DNA of 64,000 nt. Origin: Gammaproteobacteria bacterium (GTDB taxonomy: Bacteria; Pseudomonadota; Gammaproteobacteria; UBA4575). Within the stretch, counting starts at the first letter, position 1; each line of letters opens with the position of its first letter. Shown here piece by piece: positions 53,874-62,570 of this stretch. The position numbers and the translations under genes are program-made. The notes beneath the pieces are model-generated. The model saw only the letters and a program-made list of their open reading frames with translations, was not told where the DNA came from and did no database searches. The stretch spans positions 5,863 through 69,862 of the forward strand of contig JAQWYM010000077.1 of assembly GCA_029253965.1 (NCBI GenBank), in the 5' to 3' direction.

Positions 53874-54394
53874 TCCTCAAGTATTTTTTTCAGCTCACTT
53901 AAGCCACTGACATAAATGCTTGTGACAGCTGCAATCGCTGCCTTATCGTTAAGATTTTCTGGTGGGTTATTATTCATGTAACCTCGATAAAAGGCACCCT
54001 GCCATGTTATTTCAGTATGGCCTTCACTGGTTTCATTGAGCTTGAACCAAGAGGAGTAGTTGTTAATAGGAATAACAGCGGTATCGACGTCTATTATACG
54101 GTAGAAAAACTTATGTTGAGCGGGGATGTATTTTTCTAGCGACTCGACAATGGTAGCTCCAGGTCCAAGGGTTAAGGTTCTTTTAGCGCCAATGCTATTA
54201 CCACCTTCACCTTCCGTGCTCATGACGGCAGGATGCCAGTTCATATTTTGGAAATTTTTGACGCTATCCCAAACTTTTTCAATAGGGGCATTAATAACAA
54301 TTTTCTCAACAACTTTTTGTCTGCTAGGCCCATGCGCAAAGCTTTCTGTAGTAACACTGAGAATAGATAATAAAAGGATAAACGTAACTTTCAT
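53870..54394 (-). CDS. SRPBCC (polyketide-cyclase-like) periplasmic protein, MxaD-like
   Basis: Signal peptide. SRPBCC fold cues (IEKVWDSVKNF...W). Immediately downstream of pqqE. Start MKVTF at 54394; the ORF-track start overlaps pqqE. Confidence 0.6.
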   Translation of the reverse strand: MKVTFILLLSILSVTTESFAHGPSRQKVVEKIVINAPIEKVWDSVKNFQNMNWHPAVMSTEGEGGNSIGAKRTLTLGPGATIVESLEKYIPAQHKFFYRIIDVDTAVIPINNYSSWFKLNETSEGHTEITWQGAFYRGYMNNNPPENLNDKAAIAAVTSIYVSGLSELKKILEE

Positions 54395-54428
54395 AAGCGA
54401 CTCTGTTTGGTTTGAATTTCGAATATAA

Positions 54429-55568
54429 CTAGTGTTCATTAAAAATATTGATGCGACGATAGGTGAAATTATAATCGGTACTATTCGCATCACAGGTGGC
54501 TAACTCGAGTAACTCCTGATGAAAAGGTGAATACTGGCAGGCGGGATCCATATTGCTGGCATCTCCGGTGATGGCAAAGGCCTGACAACGGCAGCCACCC
54601 CAGTCAATTTCACGTCGATCACACTTTTTACAGGTATCAGGCATCCATGCCGTACCACGGAAGCGTTGAAAGGCTTCGGAGTTTTTCCAAATTTCATTCA
54701 GTGGTTTATCAACGACACTATCAAAGCTGAGGCTGGTAATGCTTTCAGCAGCATGGCAGGGCAACACTAGGCCAGAAGGTGTAATGTTGAGGAATTGTCG
54801 GCCCCAACCACTCATGCATGACTTAGGAATCTTGGCGTAATAATCAGGCACAACATAATCAATTGAAAGAATGCCTTTAAGTGCTTTGCTCGCTTTTTTA
54901 ATTACTTCTGTAGCCCAATCCAGTTGTTTTCTGGTCGGCATTAAGTACTTTCGGTTGTAATAAGCCCAACCATAATATTGAACATGTGCGACTTCGATAC
55001 GTGAGGCATCCATATCGACAGCCATTTGTATGCTAGCTTCTAGATGATCAATATTGAGACGGTGAACAGGGGCATTAATGGTTAAGGGTATACCAGCCTC
55101 ACGAATATGTTTGGCAGCAGCTAGTTTTAATTGATAGCCATTAGGATGGCCGCCTATGGTGTTAGCGAGTTTTTCATCACTGTCTTGAATGCTGACTTGG
55201 ATATGCCCTAAACCTATTTCGGCTAGGGTGTTAATACGTGTTTGACTGAGGTTAACCGCTGAAGTGATGAGGTTGCTATATAAGCCAAGTTTCTCAGCAT
55301 GGGCAACAAGTGTCTCCAGATCTTTTCTGAGGGCCGGCTCACCGCCTGAGAAATGGACTTGTAATATACCCATCTCAGCCGCTTGATCCAATACCTGCAT
55401 CCATTGCTCAGTGTTTAGCTCTGAGGCTACTTTTTCAAGCTTTAATGGGTTTGAGCAATAGGGGCATTGTAGTGGGCAACGATGTGTCAACTCGAGTAAT
55501 AGTGCGAGTGGTGCTTTAGCTTCTTCAGCCATAGTAACTTCATCGGTAGCTTGATTATTCATACTCAT
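54429..55568 (-). CDS. pqqE: PQQ biosynthesis radical SAM protein PqqE
   Basis: CxxxCxxC (CPLQCPYCSN) and SPASM C-terminal cysteines. 379 aa. Confidence 0.95.
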   Translation of the reverse strand: MSMNNQATDEVTMAEEAKAPLALLLELTHRCPLQCPYCSNPLKLEKVASELNTEQWMQVLDQAAEMGILQVHFSGGEPALRKDLETLVAHAEKLGLYSNLITSAVNLSQTRINTLAEIGLGHIQVSIQDSDEKLANTIGGHPNGYQLKLAAAKHIREAGIPLTINAPVHRLNIDHLEASIQMAVDMDASRIEVAHVQYYGWAYYNRKYLMPTRKQLDWATEVIKKASKALKGILSIDYVVPDYYAKIPKSCMSGWGRQFLNITPSGLVLPCHAAESITSLSFDSVVDKPLNEIWKNSEAFQRFRGTAWMPDTCKKCDRREIDWGGCRCQAFAITGDASNMDPACQYSPFHQELLELATCDANSTDYNFTYRRINIFNEH

Positions 55569-55873
55569 AGTTGCATAAATCTTTTGTCGACTAGATCTTG
55601 TAATAAGAGGAGTACATCTTCTTCAATATCTTTAGAGTGTGCGTTGTATTCTGTAGAAAGCTGTTCAACAAGGGTGGCTATACTACAACTACCATCACAA
55701 CGACTAATAATGACCTGAGCAATAGGATCTAAGGAAATAACTTTTTCAGGGCCTAATAAAATCCATTGGTCTCGGGTCTTATCAAAGTTCAAACGTATGC
55801 GTTGACCTAACCGAACGATAGACTGAGTTGTAATGAGTGAGCGTTCTACTTGAGTATCATGACTTTTAATCAT
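55565..55873 (-). CDS. pqqD: PQQ biosynthesis peptide chaperone PqqD
   Basis: ~100-aa PqqD family. Overlapping stop/start with pqqE. Confidence 0.9.
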   Translation of the reverse strand: MIKSHDTQVERSLITTQSIVRLGQRIRLNFDKTRDQWILLGPEKVISLDPIAQVIISRCDGSCSIATLVEQLSTEYNAHSKDIEEDVLLLLQDLVDKRFMQL

Positions 55874-55876
55874 GGT

Positions 55877-56620
55877 TTAAGCAGGCTTAGTCAGTGTTGG
55901 AGTGAAACATCCAGGTGGGATCATGCCCGGCTCAATATACGCGCCATAAAGAGCATCTAATTGTGACCAAAGCACATTGCATTTAAAGGTGAGTGCCGCG
56001 GCAACCTTATCTTGTTTTTCAATGCTATCGGCATGCTCAAGAACGTAGGCTAAAGCAAAATCCACATCTCGTGGCGCTTGGCTTAAACGTGGTTTGAAAT
56101 AAGCCATAGTTTCTTCTGTTACAAAGTCATAATTAGCAAGCATTCCGCTTACACGTTCAGCGATGATGCGAGGTGAAAACATTTCAGTAAGAGAGGAGGC
56201 AATAGCCTCTAAAAGTGAGTTATCTGTAACAAAATTAAGATATGCTGAGACAGCAAACTGTGTCGCAGGTAAGGCGCCTTCTTGTGAGATCACATAATCG
56301 CGATCTAAGCCAAGACTGTCAGTAAGTTTAAGCCAGCGATTAATGCCGCCACTGTTACTGCCATCACCGTCATGATCAATCACACGCTGACGCCATATTG
56401 TTCGTAACATCGGGTCATCGATACGCGCCATTATTGCGGCGTCTTTTTTTGGGATTACCGCTTGGTAACAGTAACGATTAAGGGCCCATGCTTGAATTTG
56501 TTGCTTATTTAGATTACCTGCATGTAAATCTTTATGGAATGGATGCTGATCATGATAGCGTCTGCTGCCGATGGCGCGTAAACGCATTTCAAGTGTTTCA
56601 GAAGACTGATCGGTTGCCAT
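55877..56620 (-). CDS. pqqC: pyrroloquinoline-quinone synthase PqqC
   Basis: PqqC/TenA-like. 247 aa. Confidence 0.95.
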   Translation of the reverse strand: MATDQSSETLEMRLRAIGSRRYHDQHPFHKDLHAGNLNKQQIQAWALNRYCYQAVIPKKDAAIMARIDDPMLRTIWRQRVIDHDGDGSNSGGINRWLKLTDSLGLDRDYVISQEGALPATQFAVSAYLNFVTDNSLLEAIASSLTEMFSPRIIAERVSGMLANYDFVTEETMAYFKPRLSQAPRDVDFALAYVLEHADSIEKQDKVAAALTFKCNVLWSQLDALYGAYIEPGMIPPGCFTPTLTKPA

Positions 56621-57552
56621 TATAATTCTATCTCCATACCATCGTGACTGACTTCCCAGTTTGCTGCCTCAACAATTTTTCGCTGCTCTGAATGGGGGTC
56701 AAGTATTGGATTAGTATTATTGATATGAATATAAACTTTCCTCTTCACACCGAGTTGACTAAAGGCGGCAAGAGAACCATCAGTTCCAGTGATATTGGTA
56801 TGCCCCATTCTGGCGCCTGTTTTATTACCAATACCCATATCTATCATTTCATCATTATGGAAGAGGGTGCCATCAAACAAGACTAACTCAGCACTGCGTA
56901 AACGTTGTTGAAGTTGATCGTCGACCCGTGCACAGCCCGGAATATAGAAGAAAGTTTTGTTCGTGCTGATTTCAGTTATTTTTAAGCCAATAGTGTCTTC
57001 AGTAATGGTTCCAAGATTCTTATTGGAGGCTTCATCTTCAAGATAAAGCGCAACCTTTCCAGGGACAGCAAATGCAGTGATGCTAAGCCCTAATGATTCA
57101 TTATTATGTCCATCACACTCTATTTCTTCATTTAATGTGAAGCTTTTTCGAACAACGAAGGTTGTGTTTAAGACGCCAAATATAGGGTTATTGTTGAATA
57201 TACTTTGTAGGCGTGAAGTCGCATATAGAGTGAATGGCTGGCTCTCACGTAGATTTAGTAGGCCAGCTGTATGATCAACATCACCATTGCTTATGGCGAC
57301 GGATCTTATTGGGCTGTCTCGTAGTGCATCCTTTGGATGCAGTGCTGTTGTCTGATTGATTTGCTGACGTAAATCAGGTGAAGCATTACAGAGTAAGAAG
57401 TCAGTACCATTTGCACTAACAGCTATAGATGATTGTGTTCGCGGGAGTATGTCTGGTTTATGAGGGTCTCTCGCAGACTGGCAGAGTGGATTGTTGCAAT
57501 TCCATTGTGGAAACCCGCCTCCAGCCGCAGAACCTAAGATAATTATCTTCAT
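56620..57552 (-). CDS. pqqB: PQQ biosynthesis protein PqqB (MBL-fold)
   Basis: MKIIILGSAAGGGFPQWNCN N-terminus typical of PqqB. Confidence 0.95.
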   Translation of the reverse strand: MKIIILGSAAGGGFPQWNCNNPLCQSARDPHKPDILPRTQSSIAVSANGTDFLLCNASPDLRQQINQTTALHPKDALRDSPIRSVAISNGDVDHTAGLLNLRESQPFTLYATSRLQSIFNNNPIFGVLNTTFVVRKSFTLNEEIECDGHNNESLGLSITAFAVPGKVALYLEDEASNKNLGTITEDTIGLKITEISTNKTFFYIPGCARVDDQLQQRLRSAELVLFDGTLFHNDEMIDMGIGNKTGARMGHTNITGTDGSLAAFSQLGVKRKVYIHINNTNPILDPHSEQRKIVEAANWEVSHDGMEIEL

Positions 57553-57584
57553 ATACTATCTGCGGCGCAGAGAGGGATGTATCT

Positions 57585-57668
57585 TTATGCTACAACTGCG
57601 CAAGCATAACAATTAATTTCCATACCAACTGCAATCTCTGAAACTAATGGTGTTTTCCAAGTCTTCAT
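57585..57668 (-). CDS. pqqA: PQQ precursor peptide PqqA (27 aa: MKTWKTPLVSEIAVGMEINCYACAVVA)
   Basis: Hand translation of the minus strand. Conserved E-x3-Y (EINCY) cross-link residues. Lies 33 nt upstream of pqqB. Absent from the ORF track because of its length. Confidence 0.8.
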   Translation of the reverse strand: MKTWKTPLVSEIAVGMEINCYACAVVA

Positions 57669-57850
57669 TAATGCTCTCCAAGTAATTAAAGAACTAATAA
57701 CATAATGTGAAAAGTTTTCAGTTCTAAGGTTGTTATCTTACCCAACGATAAGATAATTAATGGTGCGCTATTTATTTTAAAACGTCAATATTAATTTAAT
57801 TTATTATATAGATGAGAAAGAGATTTTTGATAGTAAAAAAAGCTACAGCT

Positions 57851-57905
57851 TGAGGTGTCGTCACTGCGCTTTAAAAGCACTCAAGCTCAGCATCAGAGGT
57901 GATGC
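57851..57905 (-). terminator. probable terminator or attenuator hairpin 3' of the 114-aa gene and upstream of pqqA (gcttgag...ctcaagc, then T-run)
   Basis: Inverted repeat with a large loop followed by agcttttttt on the minus strand. Weaker than the other terminators. Confidence 0.4.
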
Positions 57906-58215
57906 TATTGAAGTTGCTAATAATTTCATTAGACCAAGCTGATTCTGTGAATATTGCTGCACGTTCACCTCGCATTAGTCGCATGCGTAACACCGTTTCT
58001 GCATCAACATATTCTGCATAGCTTATTTGCTCAGCAATCTCATCAATAGTGCAAGAGCACTTCGCTAAGTACGCTTGGCTTTGACCATTGGCAGCCATAC
58101 AGGCAAAAACAAACTCTGCTCGTGACTGCGTTGGGAAGTCGTTGGCATATGCACTTACAAGCAGTAGATGAAGGAGGGTGAAAGTAATGATGTTATTTCT
58201 TATTTTTTTTCTCAC
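57871..58215 (-). CDS. hypothetical periplasmic protein (114 aa, 4 Cys including CSC)
   Basis: GTG start with a GAGG RBS. Signal peptide MRKKIRNNIITFTLLHLLLVSAYA. No family recognised. Confidence 0.5.
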   Translation of the reverse strand: MRKKIRNNIITFTLLHLLLVSAYANDFPTQSRAEFVFACMAANGQSQAYLAKCSCTIDEIAEQISYAEYVDAETVLRMRLMRGERAAIFTESAWSNEIISNFNSITSDAELECF

Positions 58216-58260
58216 TCGTATTGCCTCAGAGGTTGATGCTTAAGGATTGCTAGAAGCGTC

Positions 58261-58941
58261 TTAACGCGTGTAACTTAGTTCTGTCTTAATTGTCTTCCCA
58301 TCTTCTTCATAATGACTCATCAAACTTTTAAAGCCACCAGGGACAGCCTTGCTTACAATGAACTCATACTGTCTTTTTTTCACAGCATCAATACGCTTAT
58401 TTGCTTTAAAAGGCGAAATACTAATTCGTTTTCCTGCGTGTACTTTATTTTCATATGTAATTGTGACGTCTTCTATTTTTGCATCGTTCCATAAGGCGGC
58501 ACGAATTTTGTTTCTTAGTACAGTTTTTGAATGTTTATTTGTTGTTGAATTCAGCGTCTCGCCTATGTCCCACTCTAAAAAAAACATAATGATTGGATTC
58601 GATTGAAAACCAATGACTTTTGGGAATGGCTTAGCCTCATCGTTATAGAGAAACTCATAGAAAACATCCCTCTTAGTTTCCGCGTCTGCAGCGCTGACTT
58701 CACCTATTACTGATCCTTTTATAGGGTCTGGACCATTGCGCGTCAAAACATATGTAATCTCTGTCGATTCCGCGCCTAAGTTTTGTAAATGTGGGGTACC
58801 TTGCAATAACATCTGTGCTTCGCTGAAATCATTCTCAGCAATTTCTGCATAGCTAGTGCTGAATAGCCCTATTATGATTATGAGAGTTTTTGTTACAGAA
58901 GCTAATAACTTCACTGAGCTTTGGTAATGCAGTGATCTCAT
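58261..58941 (-). CDS. hypothetical periplasmic protein (226 aa) translationally coupled to xoxJ
   Basis: The ATG (58939-58941) lies 1 nt after the xoxJ TAA. Signal peptide MRSLHYQSSVKLLASVTKTLIIIIGLFSTSYA. No family recognised. Confidence 0.6.
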   Translation of the reverse strand: MRSLHYQSSVKLLASVTKTLIIIIGLFSTSYAEIAENDFSEAQMLLQGTPHLQNLGAESTEITYVLTRNGPDPIKGSVIGEVSAADAETKRDVFYEFLYNDEAKPFPKVIGFQSNPIIMFFLEWDIGETLNSTTNKHSKTVLRNKIRAALWNDAKIEDVTITYENKVHAGKRISISPFKANKRIDAVKKRQYEFIVSKAVPGGFKSLMSHYEEDGKTIKTELSYTR

Positions 58942-58942
58942 C

Positions 58943-59773
58943 TTAGATTTGTTTGACCATCGGTACATGGTATTCCTCTAATATCTGATTTATCTGGCTT
59001 TGATTTTGCTTTATAAAGCGATTTATTCGACGTTTCCATTCGATCTCACCATGTCTTACTCCCATGGTGATGCTGTAGGACATTCTGGTTGCCTCACTAT
59101 CATCTTGAGTCAAAGGTGAAACGCTTAATGAGGGTGCATATTTGTCGCCGTAGTACCCTGCGATTGGGCCCCAAAGAATTGCTGCCGTTAGTGTCTTATC
59201 ATTCAAATGCTGCATTATTTGTTCACCAATCGATATGCTTCGAGTGTCGACAAATAAATGGTAGGGGGCGAGCTGGTCTATGAGACCATAATTCAACATT
59301 AAGTTGGTTGGCGGTGTGCCTGCAACGATGCCGATACGTTTCATTGCCTTCACTGTCGGGTGATCTAATGTATTGATTAAAGTCGTACTATCAGCAGCGT
59401 AGATGAGTGAAAAGATTGATCGATAATAAGCATTGGTATTCAGTGCTAAACCGTGTGCTGATGAGATACCAATAATGACATCGCAGTTATATGCATTCAA
59501 TGTTGATCTAACAAATCCTTGGCTTTGTGGGAACCAGTGATATGAAATCTCTTTTTTAAGGTCTTTAGCCAATAATTGAGCGATCTTATTTTCAAAGCCT
59601 TCTTCAGCATCATTTGAAAACGGTAGATTACTCGGGTCTGCACAGACTCTAAGTGTAATATGATCTAGCACTTCTGCTGTGTTTTGTGCCATTACTCCAT
59701 TAAATATCAATAGCGTGCTAAGTGCGCTGCTGAGTACAAGATTTTTAATGTGGGTGGATGTTTTTGTCATCAT
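58943..59773 (-). CDS. xoxJ: MxaJ/XoxJ family periplasmic binding-protein-like protein
   Basis: Signal peptide. SBP type-3-like fold. Position xoxF-xoxG-xoxJ. Confidence 0.8.
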   Translation of the reverse strand: MMTKTSTHIKNLVLSSALSTLLIFNGVMAQNTAEVLDHITLRVCADPSNLPFSNDAEEGFENKIAQLLAKDLKKEISYHWFPQSQGFVRSTLNAYNCDVIIGISSAHGLALNTNAYYRSIFSLIYAADSTTLINTLDHPTVKAMKRIGIVAGTPPTNLMLNYGLIDQLAPYHLFVDTRSISIGEQIMQHLNDKTLTAAILWGPIAGYYGDKYAPSLSVSPLTQDDSEATRMSYSITMGVRHGEIEWKRRINRFIKQNQSQINQILEEYHVPMVKQI

Positions 59774-59798
59774 CTCTTACCAATAGTTTTAATCAGTT

Positions 59799-60269
59799 TT
59801 AGGGTAGGCAAGCCGAATCACGTTCTTTAGCGGCCGCTGGTTTGCCTTGTTTTTTTGGCCGATTATGATCAAGAACACCATCTGATCTTGCGGCTAAATA
59901 AGCGTAGATGTCATCAACAAAGCACATGACATTCATGTTGCTTGCAAAGGATGGCATGTTTCTATTTTGAGTATTACTCACATTCGTTCTGCCATTAATA
60001 ACGGTTTCTAAAAAACCTTCATAACCTAAGACTTTCACAGACTCGGTTAGGTTGGGGGCAAATGAGCTGCCAAGACCTGCGGGTCCATGACAGACATGAC
60101 ATTCTGAATGGTAGCGTCGATAACCATTGAATGTGTACCAGTCGAACTCACCCTTATCATTGATTGAATATGGGGTTTCATCAGCATCAGCATAGACTGG
60201 GCTAACTACGAATTGAGCAATAACGACTGTTAATGAGATGAGAAAAATTTGAGGATATTTAAATGACAT
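59799..60269 (-). CDS. xoxG: cytochrome c-L-like electron acceptor for methanol dehydrogenase
   Basis: Single CHVCHG haem motif. Signal peptide. Between xoxF and xoxJ. Confidence 0.8.
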   Translation of the reverse strand: MSFKYPQIFLISLTVVIAQFVVSPVYADADETPYSINDKGEFDWYTFNGYRRYHSECHVCHGPAGLGSSFAPNLTESVKVLGYEGFLETVINGRTNVSNTQNRNMPSFASNMNVMCFVDDIYAYLAARSDGVLDHNRPKKQGKPAAAKERDSACLP

Positions 60270-60341
60270 TTTTAGTTCCTTTAGCTTGATCGTCTTAATC
60301 TGGCTTCATAGAGTTTAAAAATTATTGAAGTGCTATTGGAG

Positions 60342-60380
60342 TAAAAATGACACTCAAACCAGGGATGATTTGAGTGTCAT
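60342..60380 (-). terminator. intrinsic terminator immediately 3' of xoxF (12-bp stem atgacactcaaa/tttgagtgtcat, then T-run)
   Basis: Read directly from the sequence. Sits in the 170-nt xoxF-xoxG gap. Confidence 0.8.
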
Positions 60381-60441
60381 ACTTCACTTTAGGCTATGTG
60401 CATTTCTTATATCGATACTTGATATAAAGCGTGCGACATTC

Positions 60442-62232
60442 TTATAGTGAAAATACAGTGAGTACGCCACCTAAGTTGGTGTATTCCTGTAAATGGCGAT
60501 AACCACCTACAGCACCTAAGCCATCAGAGTCTTCTGTTAAACCAGCAGCCATACCAATGCCAGCCCAGCCACCAATGCCTGATAGGACAGCAATATATTG
60601 CTTACCATCATGCTGATAGGTGGTGACATTGCCAATGATGCCTGACGGGGTCTTGAAGCGGTAAAGTTCCTTACCTGTTTTAGCGTCAACTGCTTTTAGA
60701 TAACCTTCTAAGGTACCGTAGAATACAATATCTCCAGCAGTAGCTAAGGCACCACTCCAAACTGAGAATCGTTCATCGATAGACCATTTGATCTTTCCCT
60801 TATCTGCATCCCATGCAATGAAGTTACCCATATGTGTGCCACCGGGTGCTGGATACATTGCTAAAGTTGCACCCACATACGGTTGACCCGCGGTATAACT
60901 TACACGGAATGGTTCATAATCCATGCAAACGTGGTTGGTAGGCACATAAAACAAACCAGTCTTTGGTGAGAAAGCTGCGGGTTGTTGATCCTTGGAGCCT
61001 AGGGCTGCAGGACAAATACCAGTAGAGCTAACATCTTCACCATTAAACTCAGTGCTATAACGATCAACTACCTGTGGTCGACCCGTCTTCATGTCAACAT
61101 GAGTAGCCCAGTTAACAGCTGGATCGAATTTTTCGGCAACTAAAAGCTCACCAGTCTTTCGGTCAAGGGTATAACCAAATCCATTTCTATCGAAATGAAC
61201 TAAAGCAGGTCGTTTTTTACCTTTGACTTTAATATCAGCAAGAATCATCTCGTTAATGCCATCAAAATCCCACTCATCATGAGGAGTCATCTGATAAACC
61301 CATTTAGCCATGCCGGTATCAACATCACGTGCAAAGATAGTCATAGACCAGCGATTGTCACCAGGACGTTGAGTTGGGTTCCATGTACTTGGGTTGCCTG
61401 TGCCGTAATAAACAAGGTTTAGATCAGGGTCATATGAATACCAACCCCAAACAGTACCACCACCAATTTTCCACTGGTCACCTTTCCAAGTGTTTAAGCC
61501 AGAGTTTTTACCGACAGCCTTACCTAGATGAGTAGTTCTTTTAGGGTCGACTAAAATATCTGAGTCAGGGCCCATTGAATAACCACGCCAAGCCAGCTTA
61601 CCTGTCTTGATGTCATAAGCTGTCATTGAACCACGAACACCGAATTCACCACCTGATATACCGACTAATACTTTGTCTTTTATAACGTGTGGTGCAGCAG
61701 TACCTGTTTCACCCAAGGCGATATCACCATTAGCTACACTCCAGGCTTTCTTACCTGTGTTTGCGTGAAGCGCAATTAAGGTGGTGTCAGCTTGATACAT
61801 AAATATTTTGCCATCACCGTAAGAAAGGCCACGATTGACTGTGTCACAACACATCACAGGGATGGTTGATGGGTCTTGCTTAGGTTCATAAGACCAGATG
61901 ATGCGTTGATCATCATTGAGGTCTAAAGCGAATATCTTGTTTGGGAATGGTGTGTGGATATACATCACATCACCAATTATGAGAGGCCCACCTTCATGAC
62001 CACGTAAGACACCAGTCGAAAATGACCAAGCCACTTTTAATTCATTTACATTGCGTGAATTAATTTGTTTCAGTTTCGAATAGCGTTGATTAGAGTAATC
62101 ACCAGCAGGCATAACCCATTGTTTTGGGTCTGATGACATTCGTTCTAATTCTTGATTTGCAGTAGCGAGGGATGATGTCAATGTAGTAACCATTCCAGCT
62201 AGTAACAAAACAGCGGATTTTGTACTTTTCAT
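60442..62232 (-). CDS. xoxF: PQQ-dependent, lanthanide-type methanol dehydrogenase
   Basis: 8-bladed PQQ propeller. Vicinal disulfide CC (VMCCDT). DEWDFDG carries the extra Asp two residues after the catalytic Asp (XoxF D-x-D; MxaF has D-x-A). Start taken at MKSTKS (signal peptide) with an AGGAG RBS. Confidence 0.9.
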   Translation of the reverse strand: MKSTKSAVLLLAGMVTTLTSSLATANQELERMSSDPKQWVMPAGDYSNQRYSKLKQINSRNVNELKVAWSFSTGVLRGHEGGPLIIGDVMYIHTPFPNKIFALDLNDDQRIIWSYEPKQDPSTIPVMCCDTVNRGLSYGDGKIFMYQADTTLIALHANTGKKAWSVANGDIALGETGTAAPHVIKDKVLVGISGGEFGVRGSMTAYDIKTGKLAWRGYSMGPDSDILVDPKRTTHLGKAVGKNSGLNTWKGDQWKIGGGTVWGWYSYDPDLNLVYYGTGNPSTWNPTQRPGDNRWSMTIFARDVDTGMAKWVYQMTPHDEWDFDGINEMILADIKVKGKKRPALVHFDRNGFGYTLDRKTGELLVAEKFDPAVNWATHVDMKTGRPQVVDRYSTEFNGEDVSSTGICPAALGSKDQQPAAFSPKTGLFYVPTNHVCMDYEPFRVSYTAGQPYVGATLAMYPAPGGTHMGNFIAWDADKGKIKWSIDERFSVWSGALATAGDIVFYGTLEGYLKAVDAKTGKELYRFKTPSGIIGNVTTYQHDGKQYIAVLSGIGGWAGIGMAAGLTEDSDGLGAVGGYRHLQEYTNLGGVLTVFSL

Positions 62233-62570
62233 AGTGTTAAGGCTCCTCTTGATTTCAGTTATATTTACAAGGCTATAGGTTTTTAATATCACATGTTATG
62301 TGTTCATAATATTAACTTATGTCCTAAAAAACTATTGCCTATAGAGTATAGTTAGAATGTATAACTACATACAATGATTTTATTTGGGCCTGTTTGAAAA
62401 AGTCATAGGTTTTTATTGATCTTCATTAAATTTGAATGAGTGACAAATGTTACATAATAAAAATGAGGAAATGGTTATAAATTCGAGGAGGTGATCATTG
62501 AAAAGTAATTTTATTATTTTTTAATTAATTTGGTAACAAGAATTAGTAATAAAGGACACAGGATAAATAA

